From contig OY969793.1 in NCBI GenBank assembly GCA_963703145.1, forward strand, positions 1,883,151 through 1,947,150: a stretch of 64,000 nucleotides of DNA, written 5' to 3'. Each line of letters starts with the position of its first letter. The first letter of the stretch is position 1. The notes beneath the pieces are model-generated. The model saw only the letters and a list, made by a program, of their open reading frames with translations. It searched no databases and had not been told where the DNA came from. This DNA is from an uncultured Acidimicrobiales bacterium (lineage in GTDB: Bacteria; Actinomycetota; Acidimicrobiia; Acidimicrobiales; RAAP-2). Below, piece by piece: positions 47,710-57,187 of the stretch. The translations under genes and the position numbers were made by a program.

Positions 47710-47763
47710 CCCTCCTGCCGCGGCGCCGGCCGTCAAGGGGCCGGGCCAACACCGCCGTGCCGC

Positions 47764-48135
47764 TCAGGCCGGGCCGGCCGGGAGGCAGTAGACGTTGCCG
47801 AGCGACCAGGCCCGGACCACGGGGTCCGGCGACACGGTCAGGGCGGCACCGCTGTCGAACACCGCGGTGAGGTCGCCGCCTACCGACGTCCACACCCATC
47901 GGACGGCGGATGGGAAGATCCCGAGCAACGGTCCCAATGCCTTCCACCGGCGCGGGTCGAGATGGTGCACGACCCCGTCGATCTCCAATTTGAAGGGCGC
48001 CCCGATGACCAATTCGGTGTCCCCGAACTGCAGCTTGGACTGGTCGTCCACCCGGATATAGGACACCGTGGGCTGCTCGAGGACGAACTCGCTCCCCCCG
48101 TCGGGGAGCTCACGGATCCAGAATCCCTCGTCCAC
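47764..48135 (-). CDS. Hypothetical protein
   Basis: Coding-like composition from GTG 48135 (VDEGFWIRELPDGGSEFVLEQPTVSYIRVDD...). The upstream part of the ORF is Arg/Gly-rich shadow. Confidence 0.4.
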   Translation of the reverse strand: MDEGFWIRELPDGGSEFVLEQPTVSYIRVDDQSKLQFGDTELVIGAPFKLEIDGVVHHLDPRRWKALGPLLGIFPSAVRWVWTSVGGDLTAVFDSGAALTVSPDPVVRAWSLGNVYCLPAGPA

Positions 48136-48211
48136 GCCCCCATGATCGCGCCTGGCGGTGGGCACCGCACGCCGGGACCGGCCCGCGCCAGGCCCGTGCC
48201 CACGGCGATCG

Positions 48212-48949
48212 TCACGCCGAATGTCGCACCTCACCCGGCCACAGCAGCCGTGCCAGCTGAGCGGTGAGCTGGTCCAGCTCCGCCGCGGTGGCCCGATAGC
48301 GGTCGAGCGACCGCCCGTAGGGGTCGACCACCTCGTCGGCGGCCGAACGGTGCGCCAGCGAGGTCCGGGTCCGGTCACCCTGGGCCGCCTCGATCCACGA
48401 ACGGATGCCCTGGTCGGATCGTCGGGGCCCGATCGCCTCGCTGCGGCGGATCAGTTCCTTGAGCGTGAAGGCCTGCGGCCAACACGGAGGGTCCAACAAG
48501 ATGGCCTCTTGGATGTGGCGCCGTCCCATGCCGATGACCAGGTCGCACCCCTGGAGCAGGTCGGCGGTGAGCGTCTGGCTGCGGTGAGCGGACAGGTCGA
48601 TGCCGAAGGGGGCCATCACCTCGAGCACCTCGGCCGGGACGGGCCGGCCACCGTCGAGCACGCCGGCCGATGAGACCTCGACCGGTTCGGCGAGGCCCTG
48701 GGTCTGTCTGGCCAGGAGGGCCGCAGCCATCGGGGACCGGCAGATATTGGCGGTGCAGACGAAGAGGAAGTGAACGTGGGGAGTGTAACCGTGGACCTGG
48801 CCACCCCCGTGGACCGGTCGGGCCCTCCGAGGTGGCGGGCCGGGCCCGACTCGGCAGCGCGTACGCTCGCCATCATCGAGACCACCCGACCCACCCCCCG
48901 ACGGGCGCCCGCCGACCCGGTCGCCCTGGTCCACGACTACCTCACCCAA
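48212..48949 (-). CDS. Low-molecular-weight protein tyrosine phosphatase
   Basis: FLFVCTANICRSPMAAALL (CX5R P-loop) and a DPY motif. There is no ATG/GTG/TTG between codon 6 of the ORF (GTG 48934) and the P-loop, so the start is unresolved and a roughly 55-aa extension is implied. Confidence 0.7.
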   Translation of the reverse strand: MGEVVVDQGDRVGGRPSGGGSGGLDDGERTRCRVGPGPPPRRARPVHGGGQVHGYTPHVHFLFVCTANICRSPMAAALLARQTQGLAEPVEVSSAGVLDGGRPVPAEVLEVMAPFGIDLSAHRSQTLTADLLQGCDLVIGMGRRHIQEAILLDPPCWPQAFTLKELIRRSEAIGPRRSDQGIRSWIEAAQGDRTRTSLAHRSAADEVVDPYGRSLDRYRATAAELDQLTAQLARLLWPGEVRHSA

Positions 48950-50002
48950 CGGGGCGGGGCCGAACGAGTGGTGCTGTCGCTGGCCGAGGCCTTTCCGGGG
49001 TCACCCCTCTACACCTCCCTCTACGACCCGGCCGCCACCTTCGCCGAGTTCGCCGCCCTGGATGTGCGGACCACCGGACTCAACCGCGTGGGCCTGCTGC
49101 GCCGCCATCACCGGCTCGCCCTGCCTCTTCTCGCACCGGCCTTCTCCCGACTCGAGGTCGACGCCGAGGTGGCGGTGTGCTCGTCGAGCGGTTGGGCCCA
49201 CGGCGCCACGGTCTCGGGCCGCAAGGTGGTCTACTGCCACACCCCGGCACGATGGCTCTACCAGACCGACCGCTATTTGGCCGGATCGGCCCGGTGGGCA
49301 TCCAGAGGGCTGGGCTTGCTCACCCCGCCTCTCCGGCGGTGGGACCGCAGAGCAGCGGCATCGGCCGACCGCTACGTGGTCAACTCCACCGCCGTGCGGG
49401 CCCGGGTGGCCGAGCTCTACGGCCTCGAAGCCGAGGTGGTGCCCCCGGCCATCGACGTCGACCCGAATGCGCCCCTCGAGGCCGTCGACGGGGTGGAGCC
49501 GGGCTTCGTCCTCTGTGTGTCGAGGCTGCTGTCGTACAAGAACGTCGAGGCGGTGGCCGAGGCCTTCGCCCAGCTCCCGGACCTCCGCCTGGTGGTGGTG
49601 GGGACCGGGCCACTGCACGACCAGATCGCCTCCTCGGCCCGGTCCAACGTCACGGTGCTGGGCCGTATCGGCGATGCCGGGCTGCGCTGGCTATACACCA
49701 ACTCGGCGGGACTGGTAGCCGCCTCCTACGAGGACTTCGGGCTCACACCGCTGGAGGCGGCCAGCTTCGGCAAGCCCACCGCCGCCCTCCGGTGGGGTGG
49801 TTTCCTGGACACCATCGTGGAGGGCTCGACCGGAGTCTTCTTCGACGAGCCCGACCCCGGCGCCATCGCCGAGGGGATCCGGGAGCTGACGCGGACGATC
49901 TGGGATGCAGCCACCCTGGTCGACCACGCCGGCCGGTACTCGAGCGCCCGCTTCACCGAGTCGATGCGTGCCGTGGTGGACGAGGAGCGTGGTCAGCTCT
50001 GA
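48770..50002 (+). CDS. Glycosyltransferase family 4
   Basis: VALVHDYLTQRGGAERVVLSLAEAF. C-terminal EDFGLTPLEAASFGKP (E-x7-E region). Start between 48770 and 48809. Confidence 0.8.
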   Translation: MNVGSVTVDLATPVDRSGPPRWRAGPDSAARTLAIIETTRPTPRRAPADPVALVHDYLTQRGGAERVVLSLAEAFPGSPLYTSLYDPAATFAEFAALDVRTTGLNRVGLLRRHHRLALPLLAPAFSRLEVDAEVAVCSSSGWAHGATVSGRKVVYCHTPARWLYQTDRYLAGSARWASRGLGLLTPPLRRWDRRAAASADRYVVNSTAVRARVAELYGLEAEVVPPAIDVDPNAPLEAVDGVEPGFVLCVSRLLSYKNVEAVAEAFAQLPDLRLVVVGTGPLHDQIASSARSNVTVLGRIGDAGLRWLYTNSAGLVAASYEDFGLTPLEAASFGKPTAALRWGGFLDTIVEGSTGVFFDEPDPGAIAEGIRELTRTIWDAATLVDHAGRYSSARFTESMRAVVDEERGQL

Positions 50003-50021
50003 GCCAACGCCGCCCGCGCCG

Positions 50022-51608
50022 TCACGAGGCGCCGCGGCCCCGGAAAATGGTGCTCGGCGTCTGCCAGAGAATCTGCATGTCCCACCAGAACGACCACGAC
50101 GCCACGTAGAGGTAGTCCAGACGGCAGAGCTCGAGATGGGAGAGCTCGTTGCGGCCCGACACCTGCCACAGCCCGGTCATGCCCGGCCGGGCCTCGAAGC
50201 GCTTGCGGGCCCATCCCTCAATCTTCATGGCCTCGGCGACCACGAAGGGCCGGGGACCGACCAGGGACATGTCGCCCTTCCACACGTTGATCAGTTGGGG
50301 GAACTCGTCGAGACTGGTCTTGCGCAGCACTCGGCCGATGCGGGTCACCCGCGGGTCGTCGCGCACCTTGAACAGCGGACCGTCCATCTCGTTGAGGTGC
50401 TCGAGCTCACTGCGGCGGTCTTCGGCATCCTCGACCATGGTCCGGAACTTCATCATCGAGAACGGCTCCTCGTCCCGGCCGGTCCGCACCTGGCGGAAGA
50501 AGACCGGACCGGCACTGGTGGCCTTGATCATGGCCGCCACGACGGCGAAGAAGGGCAAGGCGAAGAGGAGGATGACCGAGGACACCGCGATGTCGAAGGT
50601 TCGCTTGAGAAACCGGGCGCCGGCGCTGAGCGATGCCGGGGCGATGTCCAGCATGGGGAGGCCCGAGAGGTCCTCCACGTGAGAGCGGGCCGTGATCAAC
50701 TCGTAGTACCGGGGCACGATCGAGACGCCGACCTGGCCGGCCAGACTCTTGAGCATCTCGGTGGTGCGCTCGGGATGGGTCTGCGAGAAACACACCACCA
50801 CCCGGGCCACGGCGTGGCGCCGACAGAGTTCGGGGAGGTCCTCCAGCTCGCCGATCACATCGCCGCGCCCGAGGGGGTTGTCATCCACGAACCCGACGAA
50901 CTTCACTGTGGTGTGGGCCCGCAGGTGGCTGGCCACGGTCTGGGCCAGCTTGCCCGTGCCGACCACGATGACCGGGACCGAGCCCACTGCGGCGCGGCCG
51001 AGCAGCCCGGAGGCCACCGCCCGGGCCAGCGGGACCGTGACCACGGCCACCATGCACATGGACACGATCTTCGCCACGGTCAGGGACTCGAACCCGAAGT
51101 CGCGGCGGGCTACGTAGCCGATGATGGCGTAGAGGAAGCCGCTGATCATGATGGCGTGGACGATGTTGCGCAGATCGGCGAAGACGCTCGTGGTGATCCG
51201 GCGGGTGACGCCGCGGTACAGCCCGTAGAGGGTGAACACGGCGGTGAACACCGGGATGACGGCCAGGTTGAAGGCGAAGACCGAGGAGCCGCCACCGGTG
51301 GTGCTCTCCGGGTTGGTCGAGATCAGGGCCAGGAGCAACGGGCCCACGAACGCCGCCATGGCCAGGCCGAGGACATCAGCGGTGAGCAGGCGACGCAGAG
51401 CGTGCCGGCGGACGCGGGCAGCAGCCCCTGGTGTCCGGTCGCCGTCGACCGGCGCGTAGCCACGACCCGACAACTCGGGCAACTCCTCGCGAAGCGCCGC
51501 CTCCAACTCCGGATCGAGAATCGCCATACCTGCCGGCCTGCCCCTTCGTACGCCGGATTTCCGGTCGCCGACTTCGCCAGGACCCGAAAACTCAGGTGCT
51601 TCAGACAT
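50022..51608 (-). CDS. Polyprenyl-phosphate glycosyl-1-phosphate transferase (WbaP/EpsB-type priming sugar transferase)
   Basis: N-terminal TM bundle plus Rossmann-like domain. C-terminal bacterial sugar transferase core FDIAVSSVILL...PVFFRQVRTG...FSMMKFRTM...DEFPQLINVWKGDMSLVGPRP. Confidence 0.85.
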   Translation of the reverse strand: MSEAPEFSGPGEVGDRKSGVRRGRPAGMAILDPELEAALREELPELSGRGYAPVDGDRTPGAAARVRRHALRRLLTADVLGLAMAAFVGPLLLALISTNPESTTGGGSSVFAFNLAVIPVFTAVFTLYGLYRGVTRRITTSVFADLRNIVHAIMISGFLYAIIGYVARRDFGFESLTVAKIVSMCMVAVVTVPLARAVASGLLGRAAVGSVPVIVVGTGKLAQTVASHLRAHTTVKFVGFVDDNPLGRGDVIGELEDLPELCRRHAVARVVVCFSQTHPERTTEMLKSLAGQVGVSIVPRYYELITARSHVEDLSGLPMLDIAPASLSAGARFLKRTFDIAVSSVILLFALPFFAVVAAMIKATSAGPVFFRQVRTGRDEEPFSMMKFRTMVEDAEDRRSELEHLNEMDGPLFKVRDDPRVTRIGRVLRKTSLDEFPQLINVWKGDMSLVGPRPFVVAEAMKIEGWARKRFEARPGMTGLWQVSGRNELSHLELCRLDYLYVASWSFWWDMQILWQTPSTIFRGRGAS

Positions 51609-51797
51609 CGAAGTCGCGCTCCGTCGAAAATGTACCGCAGGGGTTTGTGACTCCAGGCGGCAGCAAGGCAATTTTTCTGTGAACAACCTGGCCGTTCTGG
51701 CCCGGGCAGGACTCCATACCTCTCCATCGACCAATTCCGCCAGGGTCTGGAGGGAGAACTGGCCCTTACCCGGGGAGGTGACCGCTACCCGGAGCGC

Positions 51798-52772
51798 TCA
51801 ACCGCCGTAGTGGACGTCCAAGGTGTCCATGGCCGCGGCCCACGACCGTTCCATCGGCTCGAGGATGGAAGCCAGGTCGACCGTGCGCCCCCGCACCACC
51901 CGGGCCAGTGCGAACTGCAGGGCCTTGGCCCCACCGGCCAGGTCGCGGAACGCGTCTGCGGCCGGCTCGGCTCCGGACCGGTCGTGGCGGCAGAGCCAGT
52001 CCACGAAGGAGGCCGCCAGTTCGGCGCTGGCGCCACACTGACGGCACATGCCGAAGGAGTAGAGGTGGAAGGTCTCGATGTCCTGGGTCGCCAGCCACGG
52101 GAGGTCGTGTTCGAGTCGAGCCCCGAGTCGGGCGACCGGGTTGTCGGTCGGTCGGCGAGAGAGGTGATCGGCGGTGAGCGCCAGCACCCGGTCCACCAGG
52201 CCAGGATCGTGACGACGGATCCGGTCGAGTCGGACCATCTCCACATACGGGGGAAGTCCGGCGGTGGCGGCATGGTCTCCCAGCCGGAAGACCCCGTCGA
52301 AGTCGTCGCCATCGAGCTCGAAGTACCCGGCGTTGTGGAAGTAGCCGAGGCGGCGACCGGGCCGGTCGAGCATCTGGGGCACGATCGTGCTCTTCACGTG
52401 GTCGAGCTGGTAGGACACTCCACGGGTGTCGGGGAGGAACCACGAGTCGACCTCCACCGTGCACAGCCGACCGAAGTCGAGCTGCTCGGCGACGTGGTCG
52501 ACCACAGGGCGCCACACGTTCATCTCCGCCACCTCGATCCCGAACAAGACCCGCAGATCCTCGGGCGGGAACTTGAAGAACGACCACTGGTCGCCCTCGA
52601 AGTCGGCGCTGAGGGTGAATGCGCCGGCCGCCACGGGGTCGAGGCCCAAGGCATGGAGGACCTCGATCCACACGTCGACATAGCAGTTGGTCTCGGTCCA
52701 GGTCCGCTCGGTGGCGTGCAGCGTGTGGGGACGGTAGCCGTCGGCGTCCAGAGGTAGGAGGGCGAGGGTCAT
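51798..52772 (-). CDS. DUF1839-like protein (candidate transferase of the carrier-protein cassette)
   Basis: MTLALLPLDADGYRPHTLHATERTWTETNCYVDVWIEVLHALGLDP...DFEGDQWSFFKFPPEDL matches my recollection of DUF1839 proteins. ATG 52772 lies 13 nt after the ligase stop. Confidence 0.6.
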   Translation of the reverse strand: MTLALLPLDADGYRPHTLHATERTWTETNCYVDVWIEVLHALGLDPVAAGAFTLSADFEGDQWSFFKFPPEDLRVLFGIEVAEMNVWRPVVDHVAEQLDFGRLCTVEVDSWFLPDTRGVSYQLDHVKSTIVPQMLDRPGRRLGYFHNAGYFELDGDDFDGVFRLGDHAATAGLPPYVEMVRLDRIRRHDPGLVDRVLALTADHLSRRPTDNPVARLGARLEHDLPWLATQDIETFHLYSFGMCRQCGASAELAASFVDWLCRHDRSGAEPAADAFRDLAGGAKALQFALARVVRGRTVDLASILEPMERSWAAAMDTLDVHYGG

Positions 52773-52785
52773 CGTCCTGGTCCGA

Positions 52786-53739
52786 TCAGGGCCACAGAAT
52801 GGCCCGCACCGCTGAGGGCCACTCGTCGGGGTGGGGGCCGTGGTGCTCGAGCAGGGCCAGGGTGATCCGGTCGATCCCGAAGCCGAAGCAGGCGGTGTGC
52901 GCCACCTCGCCGTCGGAGGACTCGATCCCAAAGGGAAGGCCGAAGTGATCGAGATGGCAGTTGGACGACGAGATGGCCGTGGGCCTCCCGGTGGCGAACA
53001 TGGGCGACACGATCTCGAGCTTCAACTCCTCGTTGCGCTGGTTGGCCGCCAGCATGCGGCCCGGTCGGCCGAAGAACGGATCGTTGGCGATCACGGGCTC
53101 GACCTCGAGCCCCAGGCCGGTGAGCACCTCGAGGCCGCGATCGATCCACTGGTCGCGATGATTCCTGGCACCTTCGGGCGTGCCGAGGTAGACGTAGTCG
53201 TGCTGACGGAAGGCCTGCATCCGGAAGGGATCGGTGCTGGGCTCGTGACGGAAGCAGTAGCCGTAGACCTCCACGCGCCGGCCCTCTTCGGGCAGGACCC
53301 CCCTCATGGTCGGGTAGAGGGGATGGCAAACCGCCGGGCACAGGACGATGTCGGTGGTGGTCAGGAGCGGGCCCCGGTCCTCGTGGGCCTCAGTCCGACG
53401 CAGCAGCTCGGCGTGGTCCCGCTCGTTGCCTCGGAAGGTGTGGACCGAGCCCATCTGGTCGGGGAACGACTCGAGGTAGCCGTTGGCCTCGAAGGTGGCC
53501 CACGGCATGACCGGGGGGAACCGGACCGAGGTGGCGTCCTGGTCCGCCCCGACCCGGAGCACCAGCTGGTCCATGGCCTCCGCCACGGACTCGTAGGTGG
53601 CCGACCGTCCGTAGATGCCGTCCACCCCGGTCGGGATGAGCAGCCCCTCGGCAAGCAGCTCCTGGCGGAAGGCCAACCAGGGCTCGGGGTCCGCCGCGGT
53701 CGTGGCGGCCGTGCTGGGTTCAGTGTTGGTAGTGGTCAT
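52786..53739 (-). CDS. Amino acid:[carrier protein] ligase (class II aaRS catalytic-core homologue without tRNA-binding domain)
   Basis: 317 aa. Class II motif 2 YGYCFRHEPS and motif 3 ACFGFGIDRITLALL. No coiled-coil or anticodon domain. Adjacent to ACP and PPTase genes. Confidence 0.75.
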   Translation of the reverse strand: MTTTNTEPSTAATTAADPEPWLAFRQELLAEGLLIPTGVDGIYGRSATYESVAEAMDQLVLRVGADQDATSVRFPPVMPWATFEANGYLESFPDQMGSVHTFRGNERDHAELLRRTEAHEDRGPLLTTTDIVLCPAVCHPLYPTMRGVLPEEGRRVEVYGYCFRHEPSTDPFRMQAFRQHDYVYLGTPEGARNHRDQWIDRGLEVLTGLGLEVEPVIANDPFFGRPGRMLAANQRNEELKLEIVSPMFATGRPTAISSSNCHLDHFGLPFGIESSDGEVAHTACFGFGIDRITLALLEHHGPHPDEWPSAVRAILWP

Positions 53740-53748
53740 CGGAGTTCC

Positions 53749-54882
53749 TCACTCGCCTCGGTGGACCAGGAGCAGCTGGGCGTTGTTGGCCATGATGCGG
53801 TCGTTGTTGACCATCAGGGACGCGCCCATCGAATCGCGCAGGTGGCGGCCCAGGCTGTAGGGGCCGTCGAGACGGTAGGCGGACAGGCCGCAGATCACCA
53901 TGCACTGGCGGACCAGGTCCACCACCAAGGTGGAGGCCGACACCTTCAGCGAGTTCATGGCGATGGCGAATCCGAGCGACGAAGCGCGCTCGGGGTCGTC
54001 CTCCACCTGCTCGTAGCGGAGCGCGGAACTCGAGACCAGGTCGGCAAACTGCTGGTGGAGTGCGGCGGTGTCGGCCAGACGCATGGCGGCAGCCGGCGTG
54101 GTCCCCGGACGCTTCCGCGCCTCGGCCTGGACGAACCGGCGGGCCCGGTCGACCGCGGCGGTGGCGATGCCCAGCCACAACGAGCTCCACAACACGTGGG
54201 CCACCGGCAGCATGGTCCGCGTCGAGATATCGCTATAAGGATCGTCGAACACGGCGCGGGCGTCACCCGAGGCCTCGAGCACGAAGCCGGGGCTGCAGGT
54301 GCCGCGGAACCCCAGGGCGTTCCACTCCCCCACCTGCTCCAGGTGGAGCCCGGGCGGCCGGCACAGCACCAGGACCTGATCGCTCTCAGGACTGTCCGCC
54401 GACCGGCGGGAGGTGACCAGGACAGCGTCGGCGAACACGCCATACGAGATGACCGGTGCCTGCTTCTTCAGGTGGAATTCACCTCCACCGACATCCACGG
54501 CGCACACGCTGCTGCGGACGTCCCCACCCGTCCCCACCTCGGTGGTGGCCGATGCCAGCAGGTACTGGTGTTCTACGACCTCGGCCAGGTAGGAGCGCAA
54601 CAGGTCGTTGCGCCCGTGCCGCACGAGGCAGGCCACCTGGATGTGATGCATGGCGACCACCATGGCGCTGGAGGCGCAGTGACGGCCGAGGGCCACCAGG
54701 CCGTCGGAGACCTCGCTGATCGAAGCCCCCAGCCCACCGAGGTCCCGGGGGACCAATGCGGTCAGGAGGCCGTCGGCCCGGAGGGCGGCGATGGTCTCGG
54801 CCGGGAAGCGGCCCAACTGGTCCACCTCGTCAGCGGCCGCGGCCGACACCGTGTCGCCGATCTCGGCCATCCGTCGGGCCAC
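53749..54882 (-). CDS. Acyl-CoA dehydrogenase-family flavoprotein
   Basis: 377 aa with ACAD-like three-domain length. QLGRFPAETIAALRADGLL and C-terminal helical domain. Confidence 0.7.
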   Translation of the reverse strand: MARRMAEIGDTVSAAAADEVDQLGRFPAETIAALRADGLLTALVPRDLGGLGASISEVSDGLVALGRHCASSAMVVAMHHIQVACLVRHGRNDLLRSYLAEVVEHQYLLASATTEVGTGGDVRSSVCAVDVGGGEFHLKKQAPVISYGVFADAVLVTSRRSADSPESDQVLVLCRPPGLHLEQVGEWNALGFRGTCSPGFVLEASGDARAVFDDPYSDISTRTMLPVAHVLWSSLWLGIATAAVDRARRFVQAEARKRPGTTPAAAMRLADTAALHQQFADLVSSSALRYEQVEDDPERASSLGFAIAMNSLKVSASTLVVDLVRQCMVICGLSAYRLDGPYSLGRHLRDSMGASLMVNNDRIMANNAQLLLVHRGE

Positions 54883-54979
54883 GTCACCGGGCTCGAGGAC
54901 AGCGGGTGGGTTCGGTTGTGGTGGTGCTCATGGCGTTCCCGTCTCTCTGGTAGTTGCGGGGGTGCGGGTCACGTGGTCC

Positions 54980-55222
54980 TCACACGCTGGTCATCTCGAG
55001 CACGCCGGCTCGGATGGCAGCGATGGATTCGAACGTCGACTTCTTCAGCATGGTCTCCGAGAACTCGATGTCGAAGGCGTCCTCCAGGGCCAACATGACA
55101 TTGACGCTGGCGTGGGAGGTCATTCCCGACGCGAACAGGTCGGTGCGCTCGTCGATTGAATTGACGTCGACGGCCAGCCTGCCGTGCTCGGCCAGGACCA
55201 GTCGGATCGTGTCGTCCATCAT
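54980..55222 (-). CDS. Acyl/peptidyl carrier protein
   Basis: 80 aa. DLFASGMTSHASVNVMLALEDAF is a phosphopantetheine attachment region. The start overlaps the PPTase stop (ATGA). Confidence 0.75.
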   Translation of the reverse strand: MMDDTIRLVLAEHGRLAVDVNSIDERTDLFASGMTSHASVNVMLALEDAFDIEFSETMLKKSTFESIAAIRAGVLEMTSV

Positions 55223-55848
55223 CGTTCCTCTCTTGTCGTTGGTGGGGTGTCGGGCGACGAGGGCTCGCCGCCGTTCGGGTGGTGCACTAGGTGAGGGTGG
55301 TCCGAGCAGGTGGCCACGACGACGGCCGCCCCCATCGAGGACTCGTGGGTGAGGCTGACTGCCAGGTGGTCGATGCCGGCGCGTCCGGCCAGCGTGGCGG
55401 CCAGGCCGGACAGGCGAAGTTCACACCACCCGCCGTCGGCGCGGTGGACCTCGATGCTGCGCCACTCGGGCCGAGGGCCCTCGGGGTGGAGGACCTTGAT
55501 GACGGCCTCCTTGGCGGCGAACCGGGCGGCCAGTGATTCATAGGAGTACTCATCCAGGGCCCCGGGGGCACCGTCGGTGGTCCGGCAGCAGTCGATTTCG
55601 TGGGGGGTGAAGATGCGGTGCAGGTACCGCTCACCGAACCGCTCGACCGAGTCGACGATCTCGCCCACCCCGACCAGGTCGACCCCGACCCGGAGCGGTC
55701 CGGTCGGCCACGAAGGCACGGCGTCTCGGTCACGGAGCCCCTGGGCGATCAGTTCGGTGGCAACCCGGGCAGCCAGGAAGGCGTCGACCGACCCGGAGGG
55801 GTCGTGGCTCGGCGAGGGCCCACCGATCGCCGGCGAGATGGTGCTCAT
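55219..55848 (-). CDS. 4'-phosphopantetheinyl transferase (AcpS type)
   Basis: VGVDLVGVGEIVDSVERFGERYLHRIFTPHE and FAAKEAVIKVL. ATG 55848 overlaps the upstream GT4 stop (ATGA). Confidence 0.75.
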   Translation of the reverse strand: MSTISPAIGGPSPSHDPSGSVDAFLAARVATELIAQGLRDRDAVPSWPTGPLRVGVDLVGVGEIVDSVERFGERYLHRIFTPHEIDCCRTTDGAPGALDEYSYESLAARFAAKEAVIKVLHPEGPRPEWRSIEVHRADGGWCELRLSGLAATLAGRAGIDHLAVSLTHESSMGAAVVVATCSDHPHLVHHPNGGEPSSPDTPPTTREER

Positions 55849-57087
55849 GCCACGGCCTCGCCCTGGGCGCCGGCCGACATGGCCACCGGCGCGTCGGCAT
55901 CCTGGTGCAGCACCGCGCCATAGACATCCCGGTAGCGATCGGCAATGGCGTTCCAACCAAAGGCCTGCACTCGCTGGTGGCCGGCCCGACCGAGCGCCAC
56001 GCGGCGGCGGTCATCGGACAGGAGGCCGGCGAGGACCTCCGTGAATGCCGGGGTGTCGAAGGGGTCGACGAGAACACCGGTGACACCGTCCTCGACGAAT
56101 TCGGGTGCTCCACCCCTGGTCGTGGCCACCACGGGCACTCCGGCTCGCCAGGCCTCTAGTACGACGATCCCGAACGGTTCCAGTCGGCTGGGCATGACGA
56201 ACAGCGTGGCACCGGCCATGGCCGACGCCACGTCACCCCGCGAGAGCCGTCCGACGAAGTGGACGTGGTCGTCCACCCCGAGCTCTGCGGCCATTCGATC
56301 GCAGCCCATCCAGCGCGCCCCCATCACCGGCGATGACCAAGTCGGCGGTGCGCCGGCCGGGATCCAGGGCGGCAAAGGCCGACAACAGCAGATCGAACCC
56401 TTTCTTCTCGACGACTCGGCCCAGGGCCAGGACATAGGGACGGGCCGGGTCCCCGGGGACGGGGCGGAATGGGGCGCTCTCGGTCGGGGTGTCCTGGTCG
56501 GGTCGGGTCGCACCCACGAGATCCACTCCGTTCGGGATGACCCGACCGCGCCCAGGCGCCAGCCCGAAGCGGGACTCGGCATCGGCCAGCGTGAACGCCG
56601 AACACGCCGTGACGGCGGCGGCCCGCTTGAGACCGGACCGGAGCGATGACCGGAGGACCTTGGACTCGTCGAAGATGTCGGCATCGTCCATCATGGTCTC
56701 GCCCTGCAGCGTGACCACCAGGGGCACACCGGCCACACGGGACAGGGCGTTGGCATAGGCGCCGTTGGGACCGAAGCACTGCACGTGGAGCACATTGGGC
56801 CGGAAGGCGTCGGCGGCGTGTCGAAGGGCGAACAGGGTACGGGGCCCGGTGGTGGCCGACCGGTGGAGTGACGACCAGTTGGTGGCCGGCAGCGGCATCG
56901 GCAGACGGCGGACCACGAGACCGTCGCGAATCTCGACGGTCTCGGGCTCGCGGTCGTCGGGGTGGGCCGTCCATACCTCGACCTGATCGCCCCGTTCGAC
57001 CAGGGCCAGGGCCAGATGGCGCGTCAACTCTTCGACGCCGCCGAGTGACGGCGGATAGGCACTGGGGAGGAGGGCTACGCGAGTCAC
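55845..57087 (-). pseudogene. Glycosyltransferase family 4 with one apparent frameshift
   Basis: N-terminal 56233-57087 frame reads to ...DLVIAGDGGALDGLR. The C-terminal 55845 frame continues ...MAAELGVDDHVHFVGRLS...EPFGIVVLEAWRAGVPVV. The frame switch is near 56290-56300. Confidence 0.65.
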
Positions 57088-57187
57088 GATGGTCGACCTG
57101 GCCAGTCGTCAGCGAGGCGAACCGCCGAGACATCGGCGGCCGTGATCGACGCTAACAGGGAGAGGGACGGGAGTCTGTGCATGGCGA

